Of a stretch of 64,000 bases of DNA, positions 15,001 through 26,896 are shown piece by piece; position 1 is the first letter of the stretch; every line of letters begins with the position of its first letter. Source of the DNA: Lepidodermella squamata (Eukaryota; Animalia; Gastrotricha). Where the stretch lies: positions 682,001-746,000 of the forward strand of contig JBLDXI010000029.1 in the NCBI GenBank assembly GCA_047495785.1. The letters are read 5' to 3'. The notes under the pieces were generated by a model. That model searched no databases. It was not told the DNA's origin and worked only from the letters and a program-made list of their open reading frames with translations. Made by a program: the position numbers and the translations under genes.

Positions 15001-18000
15001 GATTGCGAGAATCGCCATTGAAACTGATAAGGTGTCTAAGGAGAAGGAGGGTGCCGATGAGGAGGATCGCAAGGTTGCGGTTATCAACGAAGTTGTCGGG
15101 CAGAAGCAGCGCGACTGCTCCGAGGATCTCGCCAGGGCTGAGCCGGCGTTGGAGGCGGCGAAGAAGGCGTTGGATACGCTGAATAAGAACAATTTGACCG
15201 AGTTGAAGTCGTTCGGCTCGCCGCCGGCTGCTGTTGTCAACGTCACAGCGGCTGTCATGTGTCTGATGGCGCCGCAGGGCAAGGTATCTAAGGACAGGTC
15301 GTGGAAGGCCGCCAAGGTGATGATGGGCAATGTGAATGCGTTTTTGGACGCGTTGATCAACTACGACAAGGAGCACATTCACGAGGCGTCGTTGAAGGCG
15401 GTCAAGGAATACTTGAAAGATCCGGAATTCGACCCGGAATTTATCAGGTAAGGAAACAAAATTATTTTGGGTGTTTTTATTACTTGGAAAAGAGACGAGT
15501 AAACAAAAATCAAAAAATCTAAATCTAAAAATCATTATAATGGTGACTAAGTATGACAATTTCTGAGAAATACGGTCAACCGGGTAAAATACCGAAAATA
15601 ACCGATCGGGTTACCATCGGGTTTATCGGAGTTTCTTCGGTTAATTTGAAAAAAATTCTGAAAAATCGCGGAAATGAGATACATTCAGTAGATTCGATCC
15701 TAGAAAATTTTCCTGCAAAGTTGGAAAATATTCGGGCCATGCTATGCAGTGAGAGAGAATCTGGCTGTCGAAAATGGTAGTAAACTTTCAATTTTCATGG
15801 CTCCATGGGTAAATTTGTAAGATATGAGCATGAGAATCAACACTTCTTTCGTAGAGTTAAAAAATGACGAAAAATGGAGATTTAAGCAGGTTACCAACAC
15901 TTTTTACCAACATTATCGATCGGGTTTGAGGGTTTTTGGCGTTTTTCAATCTTCAATACTTGAAATTGCAAAAATGCATAGAAATTCAAAGCCAAAGAGA
16001 TTAATGCGCAAATCGTGGGCATATGGGGCATCACAATGGGGCACAATGTTTCCCAGGGCGGGTAAGGCTGGGATTATATTTTGGGTGAATATTTGTCGCT
16101 TATTTCGACTCGAAGCGGGTAATTCAACCTGCAATCGCTCAATTTGTTTGATAGTAATTAATTAGGACTTCAGATGGACCGAATACCGATATTAGGAGGT
16201 GATCTCGATATTTGGCTGAAAAATGAGACAAAAGCTGGCAAGGAGATTTCCGAGAAAATTAATGAGGTTATGCAACAGCGGTTTTTCATGACTTCAGCAG
16301 TGTCTCCAATGAAATCTGTATTAATATTTTCGGCCATTGGTTTCGAATGTAGGCGGCTTGCAAAACAACTTGGTTTTCGACATGCTTCGGCTTCAGTTGC
16401 CAACTTTGCCCTGTATCAGTGGGGAAAGTTTGGGAAGCTATTGAACTGTAATAGCTACAGCAAGACAAAGCAATTTGGCTAGGATAAGTCGTTGTCAAAT
16501 CCGGCTAAGGGTGACTATGAACGCTGCGCCTCGGGTGATCGCTGACTTGTTGGTCAGCCATCCCAGGTTCGATTTTAGCTGGCATTTCATATATCTAACG
16601 CCATCGGTGGTCATCTTGTGCTGCACGAATAAGTATCGTCCGGCCTCGCAAGCGAAGAGATTCCGCTGAGTTTGAAACCGACGATAGGGTTTATTTTTAT
16701 GGAACAAAATTGTTCGAGAAATCTTAGGAATTCTTAGGAAATGAAAGAATTCTTTTTTTCATTTTCCTGCTTCATTGCAAACATAATCACCCGGGTGTTG
16801 GGCTCATCCGCCAATCAAATAACTGACTTCACCGTTTGGTCGATATTGAGTCGGTTGAGGCTATAATAGCTACAGCAAGACAAAGCAATTTGGCTAGGAT
16901 AAGTCGTTATCAAATCCGGCTAAGGGTGACTATGATTAACGGAGCAATTTTTTCTGCAGTATTTTCCTCGTGCATCGAGACGATTTTCAACTGTATTAAG
17001 GCGATTATCGATTGCGTCCATTCTGCGTTCAGTAGTCTCAAACCTATTTTCGACTCGGCTGGACATACCTAGCTTGCATTTGGTGAACCAACTGTTCTAC
17101 CCTGTGAGCCAAGTCCGCGACGTCGAAAAAATGATTTTCCACATTAAAGTCAAATTTAATGTTAAAATTTCGTAATTTTAAATTTTAAATTGGCTCGAAA
17201 AAAATTCGGAAAAAATCAATAAAATTTTGATTTTGATTAGAAATAGAATTCCTTGTTTTCGAAGTTTCTAGATTCTTGTAAAAAAATGTAAATTCTTACA
17301 TTTTCATTAAATTTTAGATCGAAATCGGCGGCCGCTGCTGGTCTATGCGCGTGGGCCATCAACATCGTGCGATTCTACGAAGTCTACTGCGAGGTCGAGC
17401 CGAAGCGTCTCGCCCTGGAACAGGCCAACGAAGAGCTGCGGCAAGCCCGCGACCGCCGAGACGCAGTCAGGCGTAAACTCGCCGCTCTCGACGAATCCCT
17501 CGCCAAACTGAAGGCCGAATTCGAGGAGGCGACGGCCGAAAAAATGAAATGCCAACGCGAGGCCGAACAAATGGCCTACACCATCAATTTGGCCAATCGC
17601 CTCATCAGCGGTCTCGCCTCGGAAAATGTTCGATGGGCTGAGTCGATTAAACGCTTCGATGAACAGGAGCAGTACCTGCCTGGGGACATTCTACTAGTCA
17701 CCGCTTTCATTTCCTACGTTGGTTACTTCACGAAGGCGTATCGAATCCAGCTGATGGAGCAGTTGTGGCTGCCGTATTTGACGGCGTTGAAATTTCCGAT
17801 AATCACCACGCCTGGGCTAGACCCGTTGACTCTACTCATCGACTCGGCTGATATTGCGCAGTGGCAGAATGAAAATCTGCCCATGGATCGTATGTCGATT
17901 GAAAACGCGACTGTTTTGCTGAACTGCGAGCGATGGCCGTTGATGATCGATCCGCAGCTGCAGGGTATCAAGTGGATTAAAGATCGGTATGGCGAGAATT

Positions 18001-21000
18001 TGCGCGTGATCCGATTGGGCCAGAAGGGCTATCTCGACGTGCTGGAGAAGGCGATTTCGAGTGGTGATGTTGTGCTGATTGAGAATATTGGCGAGGCTTT
18101 CGAGCCGGTTTTGGACTCAGTCCTCGGGCGAAATCTTATCAAGAAGGGAACGGCTGTCCGAATCGGAGATAAAGAGGTGCGTTTATTACCATTGAATTAA
18201 ATAAAACAAATCAATATAATAAATCAATTCGGGTAAAAATGACAAGTTCTATTTGAGAGATTTTACAAAACCAGGAATTTGTCGAATTTTGCTAATTTAG
18301 GCGTCAATTTTCGTATTATTTTCGTGATGGTCGGTTCAGATCATTTTACAACTAAATTTTTAACTGCGGTGAAAAGTGGTTTTTGAATTTGATAGATTTT
18401 TCGAAGGGGGAATTCTCAAAGTATATTTAAAATTGGAAACGTTCATTTCAGTAAATATTCCGAAAGCTTTCTAGTAGCAAATTCGAAATGGGGAATTTCG
18501 AGAAATTTTTGGTTTTAGGTTTTATTGGTGGTTATTTGTTCTTTTAGGCTCTGAAAAATTATTAATAATAATGTTTTCGCAAACAGGAAATGTTCCCCCG
18601 ACTTAATCCTAACGTCAATATATTCCCAATTCATTTTTTCGATTTGACATTTCCTATTCGACATTAGTGCAATTGATTTGTATCATTTTTCATTAAATTA
18701 TTAACGACATTAACACACCGATGATTGATTACTTGTATCGATGGTAATCAAGTTGAAGCAGTTAGCTATCGGCCGCAGGAAATCGAAGATAGGCCGCTGC
18801 CCATTTTGTGGTACTAAGGCTTCCAATCGGCTATTTAACTGTTCGTAAAGGGCTTTCATGGCCCGTTAAATGGGCATGCCCGCGCTTAGTTGTTGGAGAA
18901 ACTGCTCGTTCCAGCTCTGCTCCTGCCTGAGCTGTTCCAGGAATCTAAAGAAAACTGGATGGATTCTGAAAGTTCGCAGAATGGCGAAGTGCCACCCTTC
19001 GAGTCCCGCATCCGATCTGGGCAGCCGCAATTTTTTCGCAATCAGTACTTATCGGAAAAATTTGTTTCCAATTTAACGAAATTCGAAAAATATTATCGAG
19101 TGCAAATCTATCCAGCTGTGATGTTATGGAGGGACTTCATTTCTCGAGCGTAATTTCCATCAGACAACTTTTTTCAGTCGAATCGAAATGAGCAGTTTCG
19201 GATTCGCTGCAAATGTGTAGGCTACCATGCCGAATTCTAGAAATGGCCAGGCGTATGTCTTGATAGCCTTTTGCCATTTGTCCCAGCGAAAGAAATGTTG
19301 TTGCTTGTCAATATTTTCCCGAAGCATGATTTGCAATCGATGTCGACTGTCTTCTGACAGTGCTAGTCCATGACAGCCGTTGTTGCCATCTTCCCAAATC
19401 ATCGCGTGACTTTTCGGACCAGTTTTCTGGGATAGATCATATGAAAACTAAAAACTAAATAAAGAGCCTGTAAGCTAAAGAGCTGAGCTGGCAGCAGTAT
19501 TTAACCCATTCTGCCCCCGATATTGACACTCGCCGCGGTTCGGCCGGGTGACCTCGACCAAATGGGAACAAGTCAGCAAAAAAGGGTTCCAAAGGGTTCC
19601 GTCCTCCCAACCTCCCGTCGTCTGCTTCAAAACTTCAGTTGCCAAGTCCCCGTCGGCGATGCTGTCTTTAGCGGTAAAAATGGACAAGAAATGAATAAAA
19701 AATAATCGATATTAAAATTGTGAGCGTCAATTTGACAGTTTTCGTCGTCGAAGCCAGCCCGTGACTTTGCCCCTCTTGAGCTCGTAGAAAATAGCTTCGT
19801 AGATGTTTTGCTCGATTTCTATGATTGGTATGGCAGAAATTTACACAACTTTGTATGCTGTTCGGCTAGGGAGCTAAAAAATGACAAAATAAATAAAAGA
19901 AAAATTGTTATTTGTGTAAACTATGTCAAATTAAAAAATCAATTCAATTCGAAAAATCACCAATTTTCAAAATCAATTTGTTTTCCTAATATCTGGAAAT
20001 GAGATTTGAGTTAATACAAATTGACTGAAAATGTTCTATATTTTTCTAGGTCGAGTACAACAAAGGGTTCCGGTTGATTTTGCACACCAAACTCGCGAAC
20101 CCCCACTACAAGCCCGAAATGCAGGCGCAGACTACGTTGATCAACTTTACCGTCACGCGAGAAGGTCTCGAAGAGCAACTGCTAGCCAACGTCGTTGCTA
20201 AAGAACGACCCGATCTCGAAGCCCTGAAATCGGAACTCACCCGGCAGCAAAACGAGTTCAAAATCACGTTGAAACAACTCGAAGACAACTTGCTGAAACG
20301 CCTCAGCGCCGCCGAGGGCTCGTTCCTAGGCGACACGGCCCTGGTCGAAAATCTCGAGACGACGAAACGAACTGCGATGGAGATTGAGGAGAAAGTGAAA
20401 GAAGCCAAAATCACGGAAGAAAAAATCAATTTAGCGAGAGAAAGTTACCGAAGCACGGCAGCTCGCGCCTCGCTAATCTACTTTATCATGAACGAACTGT
20501 GGCAAATCAACCCAATGTACCAATTCTCGTTGAAGGCCTTCCGCATTGTCTTCGAGAAGGCGATCGATAAAGCCGTCCCGGCTGAAGAATTGAAAGATCG
20601 AGTGTTGAATTTGATGGATGCGATTACGTACTCGATTTTCGTGTATACGACTCGAGGGCTGTTCGAGCGGGATAAATTGATTTTCACGACTCAAATGACC
20701 TTCCAGTTGTTGCTTCTCCAAAAAGAAATCACACCAGGCGAGCTTGATTTCCTACTCCGTTACCCAGCCGTTCAAAATCTGACAACTCCCGTTGATTTTC
20801 TGAGCAATTTAAGCTGGGGCGGGGTCAAGGCCCTCGGCCAAATGGAGGAATTTCAAAATCTCGACCGTGATATCGAAGGCTCGGCGAAGCGGTGGAAGAA
20901 ATTTGTCGAAATGGAGTGCCCTGAGAAGGAGAAATTCCCGCAGGAGTGGAAAAATAAATCAGCCATGCAGCGGCTGTGCATGATGCGAGCCTTGCGGCCC

Positions 21001-24000
21001 GATCGAATGGTGTACGCCGTGACGTATTTTATCGAGGAAAAACTGGGCGCGAAGTACGTTGAGGGTCGTGCGGTTGAGTTTTCGAAGTCTTACGAAGAGT
21101 CGGATTCTGTTACGCCGATCTTCTTCATTCTATCGCCTGGTGTTGACCCGTTAAAGGACGTGGAGGTTCAGGGCAAGAAGACGGGCTTTTCGACGGATAA
21201 GGACAATTTGCATAACATCTCGCTGGGTCAAGGTCAGGAGGTGGTTGCCGAAAATGCGCTGGATGTGGCGGCTCAACATGGTCATTGGGTCGTACTGCAA
21301 AATATTCAGTGAGTTGAATTTTTAGGCCAATGTTTTTTAATTGATTTAATTTAATTTAATTTAATCAATTAAATTAAATTGAATTAAATCAATTAAAAAA
21401 CATTGAAAAATTGAACTGTTAACTGTTTTTACGATTTCGGAATTTCCTATACCGATATATTGACAAAAAGTCTAAATTTTCAAATTTTAAATTCTGAACT
21501 CAGAATTCACGACCTCTTGGATTCTCATTTCAAATAAAGTTCCAAATATTTTTGTTTGTTAATGACTAATTTTAATTTTTTCTAAATCTTATCATTGCTA
21601 ACTTTGTTAGCCTAGCGGCTTAGTTTTAATTGTTTCCCATATTTTTTCAGCTTGGTCGCTCGGTGGTTGCCAACACTGGAGCGTAAACTCGAAGAAGCAT
21701 CAGCCGTGGCCAAGCCCGAGTTCCGCGTGTTCATCAGCGCGGAACCGCCGCCGATGCCTGAAGCCCACATCATCCCCCAGGGCATTTTAGAGTCGGCGAT
21801 CAAAATCACGAACGAACCGCCAACTGGCATGTTGCCCAATTTACACAAGGCGCTGGACAATTTCACGCAAGAAACGTTGGAAATGTGCACTCGCGAGGCG
21901 GAGTTCAAGTCGATTCTCTTCTCGCTCTGCTACTTCCACGCTACTGTGTGCGAGCGACGCAAATTCGGTGCCCAGGTGAGTGAAAAATCTTGATATTTTT
22001 TGTAAAATTGAAAAAAATCGTTGATAGATTTTTATTGACCCTTGATTCTCAAATTATCTTCTAACTTTGAAAATGACATCTTTTAAATTAATTGGAAAAT
22101 TTTCAATTTATTTCACGTGAAATTTTCAATTCAAAATTTCTGAAATTCTATAAGATCCCTAATTTCGGAGTGAGGGGAAGAGGAGTTGGCGGGACCTTCA
22201 AGATTTTCGTAAAATTGGGATTATATTCCAATTGTTGATAATTCGGGTGTTGTCCGAATCAAAATTACCGCTAGAAACCCGAAAATAACAGATTTGGTTC
22301 GGATTTTCGGTATTTCACCTTATAAAACCCGATATCCGGATTTTTTAAATTAAATATACAAATTTGATAGCCTATTTTTTTTATTTTAATTTAAAAATTC
22401 AAATTTTAAATTTTAAATATTACTGAAGCCCAAATTATTTCTGTAATTAATTTTTGAAATATTTTTTCAGGGCTGGAACCGTTCGTACCCGTTCAACGTT
22501 GGCGATCTGACAATTTCCGTCAACGTGCTGTACAACTACCTGGAGGCTAACAACAAAGTGCCATGGGAAGATCTGCGGTACCTATTCGGCGAAATCATGT
22601 ACGGCGGTCACGTGACAGACGACTGGGACCGCAAGCTGTGCCGCACCTACCTGGAAGAGTTCATGAACCCGACGATGCTCGACGGCGAGTTGTACCTAGC
22701 GCCCGGGTTCCCGATCCCGCCCAACTCGGACTACCGCGGCTACCACGCCTACATCGACGAAACCCTGCCGCCCGAGTCACCCTATCTCTACGGCCTGCAC
22801 CCGAATGCGGAAATCGACTTTTTGAGCCAGCGGGCTGAGGTGTTGTTCCGCACTGTGTTTGAGATGCAGCCGAGAGACGCGGGCGGGTCGGGCGCGCAGA
22901 CGGTGAGTCGCGAGGAGCGCATCAAGACCATTCTGGATGATATTGTCGAAAAGTTGCCGGATGAGTTTGTCATGTCTGAGCTGCAGTCGCGCTGTCCGCC
23001 GGATATTCGCACGCCATACGCCGTTGTGGCGCTGCAGGAGGCTGAGCGCATGAATTTGTTGACGGGCGAGATTAGGCGGTCGCTGAAGGAGTTGGATCTC
23101 GGCCTCAAGGGCGAGCTGACTATTACTCAGGATATGGAAGAGCTCGGCAATGCTCTGTTTTTGGACCAAGTAAGTCAAGGAGATTTTTCTGTATATCTAA
23201 TAAAATTTGAAAATTTGAAATATTTTGAAAATTTTTGAAATATTTATGGAGGGATATTTCATATTTTTTACACCATGTCCCATAATTTGCTTGTTGCAAA
23301 TTTATTTTGGCATTTTTAAATTAATCTTATCAGAGGAATCTCCCGTCGTTCATTCCCGAAAAATCCCGATGGTAACTGGTTCGGTAATTTTCGGTATTTT
23401 ACCTGGTTGGACCTTCTTTCTCCGTTTTTCAAGCTCTCTTCGCAAAATTCTGGGTTCGATCAGCATGTTCATGCCTTTCGGTGTAAAGTTGAAAATTGTC
23501 TCCAAGTTTTGACACCCTGGTCCTTTTTCTCTGCAGAGCTTGTCCCTTATGATGCGCAACCATTTTCTAATTTTATAATTCTTTTCGGGAAATTTATCAA
23601 AGTTTTCGAAAACTCCCGTCGCAAAATCGCGGAAAACCTCAAGTTATCGGTAATTCAGGGTATTTACCGGCTGGAAGAAATTTCCCTGGATTGTTCCAGC
23701 GCGAAACCAGCTAATCTAATTCGATAATAATGATGTCATATGCATCCATTTCCTTTTCCATCCTTAGGTACCTGGATCTTGGGCAAAACGCGCCTTCCCA
23801 TCGCTGTTCCCACTCGCGCAGTGGTACGCCGATCTGCTGCAACGCTGCAAGGAGCTCGAGACGTGGTGCACGGATTTCCAACTGCCAGCTGCCGTGTGGC
23901 TGGCCGGTCTGTTCAACCCGCAGTCCTTCTTAACCGCCATTATGCAGCAGACAGCCCGCAAAAACGAATGGCCACTCGATAGGATGTGCCTGCAGTGCGA

Positions 24001-24325
24001 GGTTACGAAGAAGCAACGCGAGGACATGGGCGGCCCGCCGAGAGAGGGCGCCTACGTGTGCGGCCTCTACATGGAGGGCGCGCGTTGGGACAGCAACGCT
24101 GGTGTGATAGCCGAAGCTCGGCTTAAGGAGCTTGCCCCGGCTATGCCTGTCATTTTCATTAAGGCTATCACAGTGGATAGGCAGGACATGCGTGGCATTT
24201 ACGAATGCCCGGTTTACAAGACGAAGCAGCGAGGTCCGACGTTTGTGTGGACGTTTAATCTCAAGACGCGAGAGCATGCCGCTAAATGGATTATGGCCGG
24301 TGTAGGGCTACTCCTGCAAGTCTAA
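32..24325 (+). CDS. Axonemal outer-arm dynein heavy chain, beta type (DNAH9/11/17 class); 5'-truncated at window edge, 13 exons
   Basis: In-frame exons joined at GT-AG: 32-872, 1735-2973, 4237-4506, 4722-5042, 5330-5974, 8188-9914, 11084-12269, 14513-15447, 17318-18176, 20050-21308, 21651-21975, 22471-23169, 23768-24325. Four P-loops ([32 protein letters not shown]), CFDEFNR, FPRFYF, coiled-coil stalk and MTBD, and a C-terminus [12 protein letters not shown] typical of beta-type axonemal DHC. Vertebrate paralogue cannot be assigned. Confidence 0.97.
3160..3900 (-). mobile_element. Decayed Penelope-like retroelement 3' end (GIY-YIG C-terminal remnant plus hammerhead-bearing pLTR)
   Basis: ORF 3685-3873(-) has [22 protein letters not shown], resembling the R-K-x-x-E-A-x-x-I-x-x-x-x-P-x-L-N tail of PLE GIY-YIG endonucleases. 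A hammerhead follows ~460 nt downstream. Boundaries approximate. Confidence 0.6.
3188..3226 (-). ncRNA. Minimal type I hammerhead ribozyme of Penelope-like element type
   Basis: Minus strand reads UCC-CUGAAGA-U-GGUUAU-agaaa-AUAACC-GAAA-CG-UC-GGA. It has the conserved core boxes, a perfect 6-bp stem II, a 3-bp stem I and a vestigial stem III. It lies downstream of a Penelope-like endonuclease remnant on the same strand. Confidence 0.8.
6740..7740 (-). mobile_element. Decayed unidentified ORF-bearing repeat, copy 1 (dynein intron 5)
   Basis: GC-richer block with broken minus-strand ORFs. Shares GCTACAGCAAGACAAAGCAATTTGGCTAGGATAAGTCGTT and flanking homology with intron 8 (16.4-16.9 kb). Confidence 0.5.
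10190..10900 (-). mobile_element. BEL/Pao LTR-retrotransposon integrase relic
   Basis: Three minus-strand peptides in the expected order: [29 protein letters not shown] (cf. GILRVGGRL...KHPIILP..H), [22 protein letters not shown] (cf. HLELVSSLSTESFLLALRRFIARRG) and [12 protein letters not shown] (cf. TFEELSTVLCEIE). Stops and frameshifts present. Confidence 0.55.
12746..13200 (-). mobile_element. Crypton-type tyrosine-recombinase transposon relic (DUF3504/KCTD1-ZMYM-like region)
   Basis: [34 protein letters not shown]...[22 protein letters not shown] matches the region just N-terminal of the DUF3504 recombinase core (SL.AIRA.I.RYL...DI..D.EF..A..L...HK..I..EDM.KL....P..LQ). The catalytic part is absent. 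Confidence 0.65.
16150..17120 (-). mobile_element. Decayed unidentified ORF-bearing repeat, copy 2, with internal duplication (dynein intron 8)
   Basis: Homologous to ~7230-7480 ([12 protein letters not shown] vs [12 protein letters not shown]; [14 protein letters not shown] vs [14 protein letters not shown]). A ~70-nt segment occurs at both ~16450-16520 and ~16865-16935. Confidence 0.5.
18745..19690 (-). mobile_element. Mutator/MULE transposase relic
   Basis: Minus-strand frame [62 protein letters not shown]....IFDFLRPIA matches the MULE C-terminus (PRTNN.VEGWH...HP.IW.FI..LK.EQ...). Upstream WEDGTL resembles the W..DGTF first catalytic Asp motif. In-frame stops present. Confidence 0.75.
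21328..21405. repeat. AT-rich palindrome in dynein intron 10
   Basis: CAATGTTTTTTAATTGATTTAATT ... AATTAAATCAATTAAAAAACATTG: perfect 24-nt inverted arms around a TTAAT-repeat core. Confidence 0.85.
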
Positions 24326-25167
24326 AAAAGTGTGGCTATGATAAGCCTGGCAACTGTTGTTTTTAGTCAAATTCTTGAAGCTTTTTTTCTTGTTATTTTC
24401 TTTATGCTTTATGCTGTGATATTCATTTTTTGCTTTCACATTCAGAAACACCGATGGCAATGACCTTTAAATTCACTGAGATAATTATTTTTAGCACTAT
24501 AACATCGTACAGTAATAAAAATTTATGATTGGAAATGAATCTTCGATCTTCTGAATTCAAAGCGGAATTACTGAATGGGAAGCTCCATAAGCTCCATAAG
24601 CTCCATAGCTGGGGCTTCAGATTGTCGTCTCCTTGTGGCCATACAGCTGTGAAGTATGAAAAACGTTTGCCACAAAACCCTTCGACTTCGAGATATTCAA
24701 TGTTGTTTAATTAAATCGATTCTTCCCTGATTTTCGCGAAACTTCGCTGTGCATGACTTATTCAAGAGGGATAGTGGAATCTCTGCATAGGGGCTTGAGC
24801 TCGTAGCAGAGCTTCGAGCATTGGCGACATGACTCGCGCATCTATTTTTACCAAAACCCAATATTGCGTGGTGATAAGCGCATGATGGCTTTAAAGCAGG
24901 AGCGCTATGGTGGACGAATCACACCTTGGAACTTGAACGGTCTATAAGTAATAGAATAACGGTAAAGGAATAGAACCGGCCTTTGAGCAATATCATATAA
25001 AGGGCCTATTTCAGGCGCTGACAGTTTTGGCGGACCGGCAGATCAGTACGCTTAGATCAGATCTGTTTATTGGAAAATGAATCGTCTCAATTTCTGTGAT
25101 TCCTTTCATAGGGGAATTGGAGTTGGCGCTTGGCGCTGACATCCAAAATATTTCAACTACTGTCATT

Positions 25168-26313
25168 CTACTGCAAATAGCCATTTTGCTTTGCAATGCC
25201 AATAGCGTAAAAGTTGATGCCGAAAAAGATAATTGATGCCATAATAGCTGCAATCAGATCGCTCAATCTGGCCCTAGATATCGATACAAGGTAACATTTT
25301 TTCACGGGACTTTCGGATGATTGGCGATAAGTCCTTGTTAGCGCCAGCATAATCGAAGAATAAATAGTGCAGGCCCACGAAAATAAAGAGAGAAAATCCG
25401 TGTAGTCGCCTATGAAAAAACGCTGAGGCTTCTGTGGAACTTTACCCAAACTTTCGCCCTCCAAGACGGTAAGCGCCAACAAAATCGTGATACAAAACAT
25501 CGGTCGGTCTGGGACTATTGGCGGAATAGAAAAACTTACAAGTTGGAGGCTCGATATAAACAGAGAAGGTAACATGAGGGCATAGACGTAATATTCCGGC
25601 TTGCGTTTGAAAGTCATCTCAAAAACCACAGCACTTCTGTTTCCGTCGTTATGACACACCTCGGCCTTTTGCTGCCATTTGAGGAACTCCCAGCCCGACC
25701 CATTGCTCTCCATCATAAAATACGACTCAGGTCCACTGCTTATCGAAGGAACCGCGATGGTCGATTCAATCATTTCCTGGAGTACGAATGCGACTTGACA
25801 AGTTTGCGTATCGAATGGGAACCATCTGTAATCCATCGGACAATGAGAGACGAAGATGCCGATCCTTTGCCATGAGAAAAATGCGTGTTGCTCAGAGTAA
25901 GATAGAAGCATGCGGCTTGTAAATCCCTGGCCCATGCTGAAATCTTGGACAGCGTTTCTATGATGCATCTTCGGCTTCCAAGTCCCGAGTTCATCAACGT
26001 AGAACATAAAGCTGCTATCAGGACGGAAATTCGGGCAACTGAGATCCCATCGAAGTTTCAATGATCCGGCAATCGTCAGCGTTTCAGTTTCATCGTCGAT
26101 GTCGTAGAACCTTTGCGGCGTTAGAATTACCTCGATTTCAGTAACATTGCAGTTGGATAATTGGCCCCCGATGCACTTGGGCGAATAAGCGAAATGTCTG
26201 ATGTTCGAGCAATTTGCCATTAATTCTTCATCGATATCCAACGCCAAACATTTTAAGATGCAGTGGGTCGTGATCCAAAGCAGCTTGTTTGTCAAATGAA
26301 GAAAAAGATTCAT
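25168..26313 (-). CDS. Divergent intronless Cys-loop ligand-gated ion channel subunit (nAChR-like), 381 aa
   Basis: N-terminal hydrophobic leader, W-x-P (TWKPKM), Cys-loop CPMDYRWFPFDTQTC, pre-M1 FKRKPEYYV, M1 with Pro, M2 DRPMFCITILLALTV, M3, and M4 after a short loop. Confidence 0.9.
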   Translation of the reverse strand: MNLFLHLTNKLLWITTHCILKCLALDIDEELMANCSNIRHFAYSPKCIGGQLSNCNVTEIEVILTPQRFYDIDDETETLTIAGSLKLRWDLSCPNFRPDSSFMFYVDELGTWKPKMHHRNAVQDFSMGQGFTSRMLLSYSEQHAFFSWQRIGIFVSHCPMDYRWFPFDTQTCQVAFVLQEMIESTIAVPSISSGPESYFMMESNGSGWEFLKWQQKAEVCHNDGNRSAVVFEMTFKRKPEYYVYALMLPSLFISSLQLVSFSIPPIVPDRPMFCITILLALTVLEGESLGKVPQKPQRFFIGDYTDFLSLFSWACTIYSSIMLALTRTYRQSSESPVKKCYLVSISRARLSDLIAAIMASIIFFGINFYAIGIAKQNGYLQ

Positions 26314-26896
26314 TGCGAAATTCGGGGAGTGAAGGCAACTGCTACGAGGGTTGAGTAACCTTCTGACATATTTAAACCGTTGGATGGTGGGGAATTATTC
26401 CCATTCCAGCGGATTCACACTATTAGACCAGCATTTTCTGTGTGTATTTTGCGTCAATCAAATTTACACTGCGAAGATAAGATTGTTTTGATTGCGCTTA
26501 AAATAACGCTTTCGATTATTCCCAGACAGCTAATATTTTTGTATATTCGGCATATATTTACTTTTGTGGATAAATCAACTGCTTGAGCAATGGGCTCGGA
26601 GCAAATACATATCAGCTTCATCGTAAAGGGCGGTACAATGAGCGAAATTCATTTTTACCTTCTTCCTAATACCCTATTAACATCTGCAAAATATTTAAGG
26701 TAGAAATTAGGTAGAAGCGATTTCTTACGTTTTCACATTTTGAAAAATATAAAAGTCGTTTGCTCTAAATAACATTTTGAAGTACGAAAGGTTCAGTTAG
26801 CAATATTGTAATTGAAGTATTTCTTTTACGGGTACCATAGTGCGCTAGTTCCTTGTTCCTTGGTCCGTACTTCCATCTCGATGACTAACCTTTCGC

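Noticed and set aside
549-24277. Many 60-210 aa antisense or alternate-frame ORFs overlapping dynein exons
   Set aside because: Shadow ORFs caused by high GC3 and codon bias of the real gene; no recognisable motifs.
24581-24608. Short 9-nt tandem repeats (GCTCCATAA x3; also AAGACTATA at ~37540 and TTACTATGT at ~54362) as CRISPR-like arrays
   Set aside because: No spacers and a eukaryotic context; ordinary slippage duplications.
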